Shown piece after piece: positions 1 through 9,215 of a DNA stretch of 47,470 nucleotides. Below the pieces are notes generated by a model. That model searched no databases. It was not told the origin of the DNA and worked only from the letters and a program-made list of their open reading frames with translations. Origin of the DNA: a virus. Lineage: Duplodnaviria > Caudoviricetes. A program made the position numbers and the translations under genes. The DNA lies in the IMG/VR virus record IMGVR_UViG_3300032247_001328, positions 1 through 47,470 of that record, one strand, 5' to 3'. Positions within the stretch are counted from its first letter, which is position 1, and every line of letters begins with the position of its first letter.

Positions 1-447
1 AAGCATTTCAGCCTTCGTAAGGTTCTGTGCCTCCTCTACAATTAAAACGTCATCCACGGTTTTACCCCTGATGAACTGCACCGGCAATGCAATAACCTTA
101 CCCTCCTCTATGATGGTGTTAATCTTAATATCATCATAGCACTTTATAAGGTTCTCCATAAATGCTTCAAGGTATGGATCAAACTTTTCATTCAATGAAC
201 CCGGCAAGTAACCGAGAGTTCTGCCCGTTTCTACCGCAGCTCGGGTGACTAATATCTTTTTACACTGCTTCTTAAATAAAAAATCAAGGGCTGTCTGTGC
301 ACTAATCAGACTCTTACCACAACCTGCCCTGCCTGTAATGATTACAATCTGGTTGTTTATAATTAAGTTCTTAGCCTCCTTCTGTTCTTCGTTCAGTGTA
401 ATCTTATACTTAATCTCACTCTTTCGTTCCCTATTTGGCTCCTTCAT
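1..447 (-). CDS. phoH: PhoH-family ATPase (3' end runs off the window)
   Basis: Not in the ORF track; my translation gives MKEPNRERKSEIK...IITGRAGCGKS (Walker A)...TRAAVETGRTLGYLPGSLNEK...FIRGKTVDDVLIVEEAQN, which are hallmark PhoH motifs. Confidence 0.95.
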   Translation of the reverse strand, partial: MKEPNRERKSEIKYKITLNEEQKEAKNLIINNQIVIITGRAGCGKSLISAQTALDFLFKKQCKKILVTRAAVETGRTLGYLPGSLNEKFDPYLEAFMENLIKCYDDIKINTIIEEGKVIALPVQFIRGKTVDDVLIVEEAQNLTKAEML

Positions 448-453
448 TTTGTT

Positions 454-461
454 TATATTTG
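454..461 (+). promoter_or_regulatory. Bacteroidota sigmaA -7 element (TATATTTG) for the small holin gene
   Basis: Matches TAnnTTTG; lies 13 nt upstream of the ATG at 475. Confidence 0.65.
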
Positions 462-474
462 TAAAAATTTTTTT

Positions 475-642
475 ATGAATAAAGATCAAGTACTTGGTGT
501 TATCAGACACCTATTAACTTTCGTTGGCGGTATCCTAGTTACTAAGGGACTTCTTGATGAGGCAACCTCAGTTGAGGCTATTGGTTCTGTAACTGCTTTA
601 ATTGGAACCATTTGGTCAATTGTTTCTAAGTTAAAGAAGTAA
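475..642 (+). CDS. Small two-TM holin-like protein (55 aa; resembles Pam3-gp28-type putative holins)
   Basis: MNKDQVLGVIRHLLTFVGGILVTKGLLDEATSVEAIGSVTALIGTIWSIVSKLKK*; below the ORF-track cutoff; has its own promoter and downstream hairpin. Confidence 0.75.
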   Translation: MNKDQVLGVIRHLLTFVGGILVTKGLLDEATSVEAIGSVTALIGTIWSIVSKLKK

Positions 643-645
643 TTA

Positions 646-670
646 CTAAGGGCATTCGTGCCCTAGTTTT
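646..670 (+). terminator. Hairpin AGGGCA-TTCG-TGCCCT followed by AGTTTT, between convergent genes
   Basis: 6-bp stem with a UUCG loop right after the stop at 642. Confidence 0.65.
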
Positions 671-1037
671 CCCTTCTATTGTATGGACGTTTCTTTGGTA
701 AACCAACAATCAAGTCACTGTAATTCCATATAGTAATTGGCATTATAAAAGACACCAACAAACTACCATAGAAAAACTGGTCTATCTTGCTAAAGTTCCA
801 ATAGTATAAAAGGTTTATAAGTACCGATACCACCGCAAAGAACGTAGCCACCCTCTTCTTCTCTTCGATGGTGAAGATATAGATGGACATCTCTAAACTT
901 ATGGCAAACAGGTAACTTATAACAACATCCATCCATCCGCTAGTTTTAGATATAATTAAAAACAGGTGAGCTGCGTGGGTTACTTGTGTGAGAAGTGCCA
1001 TGATTAACGTTGTCCTTATTAGATATACCTTGTTCAT
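663..1037 (-). CDS. Multi-pass membrane protein, unknown function
   Basis: About 4 hydrophobic segments, basic C-terminus. Confidence 0.7.
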   Translation of the reverse strand: MNKVYLIRTTLIMALLTQVTHAAHLFLIISKTSGWMDVVISYLFAISLEMSIYIFTIEEKKRVATFFAVVSVLINLLYYWNFSKIDQFFYGSLLVSFIMPITIWNYSDLIVGLPKKRPYNRREN

Positions 1038-1149
1038 TGATTATTTTTTCTAGATTAACTAATGTTTGTCCTAATACTATTCCTATTGTTAAGGGATCTC
1101 CGGACTCTACAGCCCTCTTTAAAGCTGAATGTATTTCTTTTAATTCCAT
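946..1149 (-). CDS. Hypothetical protein
   Basis: ORF overlapping both neighbours in the operon. Confidence 0.5.
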   Translation of the reverse strand: MELKEIHSALKRAVESGDPLTIGIVLGQTLVNLEKIINEQGISNKDNVNHGTSHTSNPRSSPVFNYI

Positions 1150-1340
1150 ATTGGGTTAAATTTATCGGGGTGATCAATCTCTTCTTCTAACTTTCCAGTT
1201 ACATGAAGCCATCCGGCATTTGATTTACACCAGTTTTCTGCCATCTCCCATGTGGGTGCAGAAATGTATGGACCCAAATAGGTGGTAAGTAAACCGGTAA
1301 CATTATCAATTGCCGTGATCTCTGTCACATATAGATTCAT
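1140..1340 (-). CDS. Hypothetical phage protein
   Basis: 66-aa ORF in a tightly packed operon. Confidence 0.65.
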   Translation of the reverse strand: MNLYVTEITAIDNVTGLLTTYLGPYISAPTWEMAENWCKSNAGWLHVTGKLEEEIDHPDKFNPIWN

Positions 1341-1848
1341 ATACTTCCTTTACGTTTTTATAAAACTCTTGTAACGTTCCATTGTTTTCAATGTTGTAGT
1401 CGAATTCATGATTGTCTAATAAGATTTCAGAACTGTGATCATTGGCAGGCTTGCCTCTGTTAATCCTAACCACGTATCCCCCGAGCTCTTTTACTCTATT
1501 GTACTCATTGTCAAATCTCAAGTCTGTAATAAGCCATCTTGATAGATTGTAACCTTGATAATCCAAAAACAATGCATCAACCCATGCATCGGGGAATATA
1601 GTTCTAATACAATCCGTGCCTAATAATTGCAGGTAGTCTCTTTTGCTTATCTGCATTAATTTACCTGTTAGATTAACAACAAATAAATCCTTCTTATCTT
1701 CAAAATCCTTTATGCCAGTGATAATTGTTGCCACCTGTTTAAGCTTGCCGGCAAACTTTTTTATCTCGCAATCACTGTCAATTGCCTTTATAATTTCGGC
1801 TGCAGTATCCTTACCACTTCCGCCATATCCGCTAAATGCTATAATCAT
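1306..1848 (-). CDS. Deoxynucleoside monophosphate kinase
   Basis: MIIAFSGYGGSGKDTAA P-loop, RDYLQLLGTD and ITDLRFDNE motifs of T4 gp1-like dNMP kinases. Confidence 0.92.
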   Translation of the reverse strand: MIIAFSGYGGSGKDTAAEIIKAIDSDCEIKKFAGKLKQVATIITGIKDFEDKKDLFVVNLTGKLMQISKRDYLQLLGTDCIRTIFPDAWVDALFLDYQGYNLSRWLITDLRFDNEYNRVKELGGYVVRINRGKPANDHSSEILLDNHEFDYNIENNGTLQEFYKNVKEVYESICDRDHGN

Positions 1849-1860
1849 AAATTAAATTTA

Positions 1861-1876
1861 GGGGTCTTGCGACCCC
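1861..1876 (-). terminator. Intergenic hairpin GGGGTC-GCAA-GACCCC
   Basis: Perfect 6-bp stem with a GNRA loop between co-directional genes; terminator or stability hairpin. Confidence 0.55.
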
Positions 1877-1882
1877 CGTTAA

Positions 1883-2092
1883 TTAAAATGGTAGACCATC
1901 CTTTGGTGCATCCTTTTTTTCGTAGGTATCCACTTGCAAGCGATAGTCTGGAGATTTTTCTCCTTCTTTTTTAAAAGTGTTCGGCCATGCTGTGTATCTC
2001 TTATCACCGATAGTGATACTCAACACTTCTACTTCTCCGTTCTTGGTCTTAACGGTCTTCTTCCAGATTGCTCCTGCTGATTCTTGACTCAT
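1883..2092 (-). CDS. DUF736-like small ssDNA-binding-type protein
   Basis: GAIW...PDYR motifs and an acidic C-terminal DGLPF tail like SSB. Confidence 0.6.
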   Translation of the reverse strand: MSQESAGAIWKKTVKTKNGEVEVLSITIGDKRYTAWPNTFKKEGEKSPDYRLQVDTYEKKDAPKDGLPF

Positions 2093-2229
2093 AGTTTAAC
2101 TGTTAAATAAGCGTTCAAAAAATATAGTCCGATTTCAAATCCCTTTTCAATAACCTCCCCCTTTGGGTCATAGATTACTGTGATACATGGCAATAAAAAC
2201 CATGCATTGTGTGTTCCGTACGATATCAT
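2089..2229 (-). CDS. Small hypothetical protein (46 aa)
   Basis: MISYGTHNAWFLLPCITVIYDPKGEVIEKGFEIGLYFLNAYLTVKL*; ATGA overlaps with both neighbours. Confidence 0.55.
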   Translation of the reverse strand: MISYGTHNAWFLLPCITVIYDPKGEVIEKGFEIGLYFLNAYLTVKL

Positions 2230-2555
2230 ATTATTGTTTTTAACATCATTATTAATTCCTCAAAATCTTCTAGGGTCATGCACACTATTGTGCCTTGCCT
2301 ATTTCTTTTATGGAATACAAGGTTGTAGTTTTGATCCTTAGGCATCTTATCTAATATCTTGTGTACAGATCCGAGACTTTCTACCGCTTTGCATTGTACA
2401 TTAAAAGGATCAGTGTAGCAAAGGTCAATACCGGCATCATCCTTGCTCTTGCTTTCAAGCCTAGATGTAACAGCCTTATCCCATCCATTCTTGATGAAAA
2501 AGTCCCTTATCTGTAGCTCGTAATTATTCCCCTTTGCCTTGGCTTTTATACTCAT
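2226..2555 (-). CDS. Holliday junction resolvase-like PD-(D/E)xK nuclease
   Basis: KAKGNNYE...GIDL...VQCK motif pattern. Confidence 0.8.
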   Translation of the reverse strand: MSIKAKAKGNNYELQIRDFFIKNGWDKAVTSRLESKSKDDAGIDLCYTDPFNVQCKAVESLGSVHKILDKMPKDQNYNLVFHKRNRQGTIVCMTLEDFEELIMMLKTII

Positions 2556-2799
2556 ATATTCTAGGTGATAACTCAGTAATCGTGGACCAAGATACTAACT
2601 TATTAAATACGGTTGGAAAAAATTTTTCTTTTTTGGTGTAGCTCTGTAGAAAATATTTCTTATCGGGAATAATATCTTGCAAATCAACCTTCTTAAGGAG
2701 GTCTGAACCGGATTTATCCAACACATAGGTAAGTAGCTTTCCTCCCCGATCGGGAATCCATACCTCCTTATATAGGTCTTGGCAGTGAGCTGAAACCAT
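2524..2799 (-). CDS. Hypothetical protein
   Basis: ORF between primase and resolvase; start uncertain (2799 or 2835). Confidence 0.55.
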   Translation of the reverse strand: MVSAHCQDLYKEVWIPDRGGKLLTYVLDKSGSDLLKKVDLQDIIPDKKYFLQSYTKKEKFFPTVFNKLVSWSTITELSPRIYEYKSQGKGE

Positions 2800-4456
2800 T
2801 GGTGCGTTCTTCTTTGACTTGCTCTGTGTACTCATACCTACTATTTTTAGGATTAAATTTTAGACAACTCATGCCGGTAGTCCCAGTGTACCCAAACCGA
2901 ACCTTCCAACGATGGTTCTCGGTCAATCCGGTTTCATAGTTCCTGTAGATGGTAAACCCATTGTCTGTTAAGTTAAACCAATGCGAACTATCACCCACAT
3001 CGTAACCATTTGGCACGGCTAATTTACCACCATCAGTTTTAGATATCTTTCTGGGGTGGGCTACAATGAATATCATCACGTCATTATTCCTAGCAAACCT
3101 AGCAATGTCATTCATCATGTTTTTAATTTGGTGATGGCGTTGCGTATCCTGTGATGACATAGACTTTTCAACTGTCGACATGTTGTCGATTATTATGCCA
3201 TTAATGCCATTCCTCTTAATCAATTCCTTAGCTTTAGCAAGAATGCCATCAATGCTAAGGTCGTTATCGTTCAAATTGTAGTATTTAAAGTGCTCAGTCA
3301 TGAACGGAATAAGATCCTGCATTTCTTGTTCAGATAATCGATCCTCTGAGTTAAAGAAGGATTTACCTGTGGCAATCTTGAACATGTCTGATAGGGCATA
3401 GCTTGTATTAGCCTCCTCTGCTGAGTAAATGAAAAACTTTAATCCATGGAAGTATGCGAGTCTGTAAATAACATTCTTTAAAAATGTAGATTTACCATGA
3501 CCCGGGATTCCGGTAATCAAGTTTACCTGACCCGTGTTCCAAACAAACTCCGGCTCATAAAATATATTGTAACCTACAGGCTCTCCTATTTTATATAGTT
3601 CAAACAATTGTTTGCTTACACTGCTTGCATCATCAACACCTTCAATAGGGTATTGTCTTGCCTCCTTGAAGCATTTAACTAACTCATCCTTACCATGCTT
3701 AACTAAGACTTCGTTGGCATCCTTGCAGGGCATCTCTACAATGTAGCAATTCTCCTTACCAAGTCTTCTTGCAAGTTCATTACGCAAGGATAATCCGGCA
3801 TCATCCATGTCTGTGGCTAAATAGATTCTCTTGTTTTCAAACAACTCAAAGCAGTTGTCTAACCACTCTAATTTCTGGGAGCCTTTGCTTGCCCCATTAG
3901 GAACAGAAACGGCATGCAGTCCGCATTCGTAGAAGGACATGGCATCTATCTCTCCCTCACAAATAATGACATAATTATTGTCACTATCAGATATGACATT
4001 AATGCCGTAAGGAACAAGCATCCCACCACTAAACAACTTAAAATTTTTATTATTATCTCTATACTTGATGTTAACGAGTTCTTCATTGTAAAAATAGTTA
4101 AAGTGTATAGTCTTAACTTCTGCCTGTAATTGTGGCATGTAGTCTACGCCCTCTGAAACTTTATAACGTAATAATGTTTGGTTTCTGATACCTCTCTTTG
4201 AAAACCATTCGATGATTCCATCGCTTACTTTTTTTAATTCCCCGAGCGGCTTTACGTACTCTTTCTTTTCGTACTTTTTAATGCCACCTTGGTAGCCACA
4301 ATGATGGCAGTTCCATATTCCATCATCAACATTTACAGATAGGCATGGGTCATTCTTATGCTTGCGAGTTGGGCTACACTTTGGGCATGGAACTTTTATG
4401 TTACCCCTGTGATGTTCTTTTACATCTATGCCTAAGTTTCTGAGTTCTTGTCTCAT
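2768..4456 (-). CDS. T7 gp4/Twinkle-like primase-helicase
   Basis: Zn ribbon CPKC...CHHC; TOPRIM CEGEIDAMS and ATDMDDAG; SF4 helicase Walker A GIPGHGKS, IIIDN and VAHPRK. Confidence 0.95.
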   Translation of the reverse strand: MRQELRNLGIDVKEHHRGNIKVPCPKCSPTRKHKNDPCLSVNVDDGIWNCHHCGYQGGIKKYEKKEYVKPLGELKKVSDGIIEWFSKRGIRNQTLLRYKVSEGVDYMPQLQAEVKTIHFNYFYNEELVNIKYRDNNKNFKLFSGGMLVPYGINVISDSDNNYVIICEGEIDAMSFYECGLHAVSVPNGASKGSQKLEWLDNCFELFENKRIYLATDMDDAGLSLRNELARRLGKENCYIVEMPCKDANEVLVKHGKDELVKCFKEARQYPIEGVDDASSVSKQLFELYKIGEPVGYNIFYEPEFVWNTGQVNLITGIPGHGKSTFLKNVIYRLAYFHGLKFFIYSAEEANTSYALSDMFKIATGKSFFNSEDRLSEQEMQDLIPFMTEHFKYYNLNDNDLSIDGILAKAKELIKRNGINGIIIDNMSTVEKSMSSQDTQRHHQIKNMMNDIARFARNNDVMIFIVAHPRKISKTDGGKLAVPNGYDVGDSSHWFNLTDNGFTIYRNYETGLTENHRWKVRFGYTGTTGMSCLKFNPKNSRYEYTEQVKEERTNGFSSLPRPI

Positions 4457-5025
4457 GATTTAAATTTTGACCAATAAATCTGGGCTTCCTCATAGTATCC
4501 CATAAACTTGGTGGCGTTACGAAATATTGTTGATGGTCTGTTATACATCTCCATTGAATCACCCTCCTTTCCCCACGTTTCCTTCTTGTGCTTTATTACA
4601 GATTTGAAGTGGTCTAGGGTTAGCTTTGGATATATCTTTAGTATCTGATCTACTAGCTTGTAGTTGGTTTCGACCATGTACTTAGATTTGTTTATAACAT
4701 TAAACTCGGTAATAACATCCTTAGACAAGGCGACTCTTGAGTTTTCTATTGGTAAACTTGGAGGAACGACTTGAGATTTGTACCAGTACTCTGTGCATAC
4801 CAATCTTTCAAAGGTATCCTTAATAAGAATGGTTGGACTACATGATAGCATTTCTGCTATTGATACACTTACCGCACGTTGTGTTAATCCAAGAAATTCA
4901 GCTATGTTACCTTCATCTATAGAGATGTTTGCCGATGTATAGGATGCTATTGTTTGTGCAACTAAAAAATGGACAGAAGAAATACCCATGGCTTTTCTAA
5001 CGTCATGATTTATTACGGAAGTCAT
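4453..5025 (-). CDS. Putative replication initiator (N-terminal HTH plus conserved phage C-terminal Phg_2220_C-like domain)
   Basis: FKSVIKHKKETW...MYNRPSTIF...KFMGY C-terminal pattern; immediately upstream of the helicase. Confidence 0.7.
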   Translation of the reverse strand: MTSVINHDVRKAMGISSVHFLVAQTIASYTSANISIDEGNIAEFLGLTQRAVSVSIAEMLSCSPTILIKDTFERLVCTEYWYKSQVVPPSLPIENSRVALSKDVITEFNVINKSKYMVETNYKLVDQILKIYPKLTLDHFKSVIKHKKETWGKEGDSMEMYNRPSTIFRNATKFMGYYEEAQIYWSKFKS

Positions 5026-5404
5026 CGATGTAATTTTTTACTTTAATGGTTTGGTCTCTCCTTGTTTGCCATTTAATGGCGTTTAAAATCAGTCCTGTCT
5101 TGATGAATACCTTCTGCTGAATGGTGGCATCATCAGAACACAAGCCCTGCTCATGCAATAGCATGCCGGAATAATATAACTCTACAAAACTTACAAGTTT
5201 GTGGTGGTAACTATCTTCTCCACAATCTATGTAATCAATTATATCTTCTTTTTTGAATCCATAAATCGTGGCAAGACCAATAAAAATATTACGAGCTAGT
5301 TCTTTCGAACCCTCCATATCTAAATTCGTTCCAAATCTTTTGCCATCCTTATCCCAAATAAATTGGGCTTTCATAAACTGCTCTAGGTCTTTTAATTTCC
5401 TCAT
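5003..5404 (-). CDS. Hypothetical protein, possibly HTH
   Basis: 133-aa ORF coupled to its neighbours. Confidence 0.6.
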   Translation of the reverse strand: MRKLKDLEQFMKAQFIWDKDGKRFGTNLDMEGSKELARNIFIGLATIYGFKKEDIIDYIDCGEDSYHHKLVSFVELYYSGMLLHEQGLCSDDATIQQKVFIKTGLILNAIKWQTRRDQTIKVKNYIDDFRNKS

Positions 5405-6384
5405 AGTTTTACGTTGAATTGTTTACGCCATGTAATTTTGCCGTTCGGGAGAATTAAATTGGTAGCACCATCCTTCTCCAAAACCTGTTTAAGTTTATTC
5501 TGATAAAGCGTTTTATGCTCATCAATCTTTTTGCCAAGTTCACTATACCTAACATACTGCTCTGCCCATTCTTGATGGGTGGAATCTCCTTGAATAGATA
5601 GTTCTACCTCCCGAGCCTTGTGCTTTGCAGATATAAAATGATTAAACGCTTGTGAAGAGTCTGCATCCGGTTCAAATTGGGATGCAATTTGAAACTTCTC
5701 GTCCAAGGTTTTGCCGTTCTTTATTTCTTCTTTAGCATGTTGGACTCTGTTATAGAATTGTGTAGACTCATAAATGATTCTATCCTGCAATTCCTTGTCC
5801 GCTTCAAAGGTTAGGCAATCCAAATCACGTCCATCCTTAAGGTAACAAATCTCCCCCCAACTCAAACCCATCACCAACATGTAGTGCTGAAGTTGTATAA
5901 GGTAGGATGGAGGAATACCTCCCTCGTAATTGTCCGAAGAGTAGCCAGAGATTGTTTTAATCTCTAGCACTCCGGACTTCTTCCCATAGATTGGATGTTT
6001 GGTGATTTTACCATCAATGTTAGCAAACAGCTGTGGATACTTGGTGTTTTCAATTATTGAACGAACTCTACGATATGTCTTAATCTTGTTATTTGCTAAG
6101 GTATTGGCAACCCATCCCTCTTCTGTCCCATCCCAATACTGCCAACATCCGGCTACATAGGATTCTAGTTGTTTGCCATGGAGCATTGCACCATTCATCT
6201 TGTTTGGAAGACTAGTTAAAGCAAGTGATTGGTAGTACAGATTTATGGGCGATTTGTACTTGTTTAAACCTAATAGAGTACCGGCATCACTTCCGCCTAC
6301 CATTCCCCTTTCGACAAAAGAAGAACGGAGTTGTTGCCACTCCGTTTCTGTTAAATTTTTTACGTCTGTATATATTAAACTCAT
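5401..6384 (-). CDS. YqaJ/lambda exonuclease-like recombination nuclease
   Basis: GGSDAGTLLGLNKYKS, HGKQLE, ANIDG, LEIKT, QLQHYM. Confidence 0.93.
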   Translation of the reverse strand: MSLIYTDVKNLTETEWQQLRSSFVERGMVGGSDAGTLLGLNKYKSPINLYYQSLALTSLPNKMNGAMLHGKQLESYVAGCWQYWDGTEEGWVANTLANNKIKTYRRVRSIIENTKYPQLFANIDGKITKHPIYGKKSGVLEIKTISGYSSDNYEGGIPPSYLIQLQHYMLVMGLSWGEICYLKDGRDLDCLTFEADKELQDRIIYESTQFYNRVQHAKEEIKNGKTLDEKFQIASQFEPDADSSQAFNHFISAKHKAREVELSIQGDSTHQEWAEQYVRYSELGKKIDEHKTLYQNKLKQVLEKDGATNLILPNGKITWRKQFNVKL

Positions 6385-7025
6385 TTCTTAGATGCTGATA
6401 TAACGCCAGCCGTTTTAATTGCGTTTTGGATTGTTGTCTCTTGCCCCTTAGTAAGGAAGTATTTAGTCATGGCAGACTCTACTTCCTTGATTTTGCCTTC
6501 TGAGATGAACTTCAGCATAGCCTCTAGTTTAGTATCATCCAAGGATGGCAACGGCTCTTTCAACTTATTTATATGCTTGGTCAAATCCCACACCTTTTTG
6601 CCTTGCTCATCTACCACATTACCAAAATCATCACACGGAAGGGATACCATTTCCAATTCATACAAGAACCGACCAATTCCCCACATTACTGCGGCACGTT
6701 TGAAGGCATCGCTTGATGCAGACTTACCGGCTTGGTCATACATTTGGTCTTGAGGATTCTCCTCAATTCTTTGACCACATTCCCACTTCCAAATGGTCTT
6801 CCCATTATCGTCATTAATTCCGATGCCGGCAAAAATAAAACCTGCAATTTCCTTATATTCAACAGACCATCCGTACTCGCAGTGTTCATCCAATATGGAT
6901 TGAACATCACGAGCATCGATATATGCCGAACACATTGCCTTCTTCTTATCCTTAGTCCTAGACTGCACCCTCCATTGGAAGGGTACTTTGCGTTGTAGTT
7001 TGTTTGATAATTCTTTGTAATACAT
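6381..7025 (-). CDS. Rad52/Sak-family single-strand annealing protein
   Basis: AYIDARDVQSILD...W...KSASSDAFKRAAVMWGIGRFLY. Confidence 0.92.
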   Translation of the reverse strand: MYYKELSNKLQRKVPFQWRVQSRTKDKKKAMCSAYIDARDVQSILDEHCEYGWSVEYKEIAGFIFAGIGINDDNGKTIWKWECGQRIEENPQDQMYDQAGKSASSDAFKRAAVMWGIGRFLYELEMVSLPCDDFGNVVDEQGKKVWDLTKHINKLKEPLPSLDDTKLEAMLKFISEGKIKEVESAMTKYFLTKGQETTIQNAIKTAGVISASKK

Positions 7026-7042
7026 AACTCAAATTTAAATAC

Positions 7043-8257
7043 TTAATCAATATGTTTGGAATAAATTTTTTCGTACATGCCCTTAAAGTCGGATTTAAAG
7101 TACTTATCCACCACGGTCACGTAGTCATTGAAGGCGGAACTATTCTTGCTATGACCGGATGCATGCTTAATATGGTTCACAGAAATGCCGTGGTAAATCA
7201 TAGATGTTATCGCAGACTTCCTCAGCAAGTGTGGATGAACCCATTCGTACAATGGCTTGGTAATTGTCTTGTACTGCCCATTACCCATTCTAACATTGGC
7301 GGTTTTATTTACGTGCAGTTCACTATACAATTTGAACAACTCCCTTATGTTTGCGTAGATAACATTAGGGTCTGCCGGAGTGCTAAAAATACATCCGTTC
7401 GCCCAATTCTTAGCGTAGATATTTTTTAATACATCCGGAACGGGAAGGGATGTCATCTCCTTGGTTTTGCTATTTAGTTTATTAAGAAAGCACTCCTCTC
7501 CAAACGTGAAGTCGGATGGCTGAAGTGCTAGCACATCACTTATACGCAACGTGCTAAACATAATTGTGGCAGACACCTCCCAAATCATTTTGAGTTCGGG
7601 GGTTAACGTTTCATATAGGGCAGTATCATTTATAAACCTAGGGATGAACTCCGGTGATAAGACTATTATCTGCTTCTTGCTTGCCATTTCCCTTTGGATG
7701 GATGGAATGACAACAAATAATTTTTTAGCCCAGTAATTAGCCTGCAATGAGGTCATATTCATTATTTCCGATACAGACTTGTGGTTCAAGCCTTGTGCAA
7801 TCAAATGATTCTTGTAACTAGAAAAGTAACTATTCCATCTGTCCGCCCGTTCCTTTTTTTTCTGCGGTGTTAACCCCGATAAATCGAACTTATAAATGTC
7901 GATGGGGTGATTGGCGTGAACGAATGTTCGAAATTTGTCTGCCACGTAGCGATAGGTCTTAATACTCGATGCCGAGAATACTTGGTTTCTGTTGTTCAGC
8001 GTGATGCCCTTGGATATCTCTTCCACGTGCCGTTGCATCAGCAAATGAAGTTCGCCCGTTTCTTCCTCTACGGGAAGACCCTTAAGTTTTAAAACGTGGC
8101 TGAACAATTCCTCATTCAACCGCTTTGCTCGTGCAGAATTTCCAAGGTACATTTTTTTAAACGGCAAATCCGGCACTTTCTTAATGCCGGTGCTGACCCG
8201 TTGGGTCTTGCCATCTACTACTATCTTCTCATAAATTATGCCATTTCTGATATACAT
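7043..8257 (-). CDS. Tyrosine recombinase/integrase
   Basis: N-terminal RVSTGIK arm-type motif; catalytic LRISD (R), SKT (K), HLLRKS (HxxR), SGHS (H) and DYV (Y) all present. Confidence 0.9.
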   Translation of the reverse strand: MYIRNGIIYEKIVVDGKTQRVSTGIKKVPDLPFKKMYLGNSARAKRLNEELFSHVLKLKGLPVEEETGELHLLMQRHVEEISKGITLNNRNQVFSASSIKTYRYVADKFRTFVHANHPIDIYKFDLSGLTPQKKKERADRWNSYFSSYKNHLIAQGLNHKSVSEIMNMTSLQANYWAKKLFVVIPSIQREMASKKQIIVLSPEFIPRFINDTALYETLTPELKMIWEVSATIMFSTLRISDVLALQPSDFTFGEECFLNKLNSKTKEMTSLPVPDVLKNIYAKNWANGCIFSTPADPNVIYANIRELFKLYSELHVNKTANVRMGNGQYKTITKPLYEWVHPHLLRKSAITSMIYHGISVNHIKHASGHSKNSSAFNDYVTVVDKYFKSDFKGMYEKIYSKHID

Positions 8258-8574
8258 CGTATTGTTTTTTTAATTTCTTCTACATCCAATATTGGTGGTT
8301 CGCCCATTTCTTTGACAAGAAAAGCGTAGGTGTCGTGGTACTGAACCTCGTCCATCAATCTTTTATGGCGGTTAACGTGGTACATTACCGAGGTGTGGTC
8401 AACCTCGAATGCGTTGGCTATCTCTTGCAGGGTATACTCGAAATGCAACCTCATCACGGCATAGGCAAGACCCTTGTAGCGTGTTATAACGTGTGCCCTA
8501 CCTCTTGTAGTCACATTAACCTTGTACTTGTCCTTAATGGTTTTGACTAGCCTTGGAAAGTCTATCTCTATCAT
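8236..8574 (-). CDS. DnaA domain-IV-like HTH protein
   Basis: TLQEIANAFEVDHTSVMYH resembles the DnaA C-terminal DHTTV motif. Confidence 0.75.
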   Translation of the reverse strand: MIEIDFPRLVKTIKDKYKVNVTTRGRAHVITRYKGLAYAVMRLHFEYTLQEIANAFEVDHTSVMYHVNRHKRLMDEVQYHDTYAFLVKEMGEPPILDVEEIKKTIRCISEMA

Positions 8575-8728
8575 TTAAAAGTTTATTTATGAGGTCAATG
8601 AGTTCAAGATTTACCTCCCTCAATGCCTCGATGTTTTTTGTTCGTTGTGGTTTGGTCATGCGATTTAAATCGGAAAGGCAGATATCAATCTGCCTCCCGA
8701 TTTTGTTTACTTCCCTTCTTCTGTCCAT
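8534..8728 (-). CDS. Hypothetical protein
   Basis: Coupled ORF. Confidence 0.55.
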   Translation of the reverse strand: MDRRREVNKIGRQIDICLSDLNRMTKPQRTKNIEALREVNLELIDLINKLLNDRDRLSKASQNH

Positions 8729-8937
8729 AATGACCCCTCCAATTTTATTATTCTTTCGATTATGATGTTCTTAGTCTTAAGTAAGGTTCTTAACTCGGCA
8801 TCGTTCTTACACTTTGCCACAAAGTCATCATTTTTTTCTCTATAAAGTTTTATCATCCCATCGGGGAAAACGTAAGCGATTACTAGCATATAATTTGCAG
8901 TGTAGGATGCTGCACCCCTTGTTTTAATAAATTTCAA
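8707..8937 (-). CDS. Hypothetical protein
   Basis: Coupled ORF with a TTG start. Confidence 0.5.
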   Translation of the reverse strand: MKFIKTRGAASYTANYMLVIAYVFPDGMIKLYREKNDDFVAKCKNDAELRTLLKTKNIIIERIIKLEGSLWTEEGK

Positions 8938-9157
8938 TTCTTGAACTCAGCGTGTTTTTAAGGTACTTTGCTCTTCTGAGGCATTGTGCCAATTCCTTGG
9001 TGGATTCTATGTTATAGATGAGATTCTCTACAATCTCGCTCCAATTTAATTGGCTTTCAATGTACGGATAAGCCTCTAAAATGTACTGAACTTCTAACTG
9101 GGTCAAATTTACTTCAATCTGTTTTGCAACTTGAAGGACATCGTGTGATTTAATCAT
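8924..9157 (-). CDS. Early hypothetical protein
   Basis: ATG follows tRNA-like element E1 and the CTAAAATTTTTATT leader. Confidence 0.7.
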   Translation of the reverse strand: MIKSHDVLQVAKQIEVNLTQLEVQYILEAYPYIESQLNWSEIVENLIYNIESTKELAQCLRRAKYLKNTLSSRIEIY

Positions 9158-9171
9158 AATAAAAATTTTAG

Positions 9172-9215
9172 AAAAGTAAGGGGGAATCGAACCCCCTCAA
9201 GAACCATTTACTTTT
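9172..9215 (-). ncRNA. tRNA-like element E1
   Basis: AAAAGTAA-ATGG-TTCTTGA-GGGGG-TTCGATT-CCCCC-TTACTTTT-CTAAA. Confidence 0.8.
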
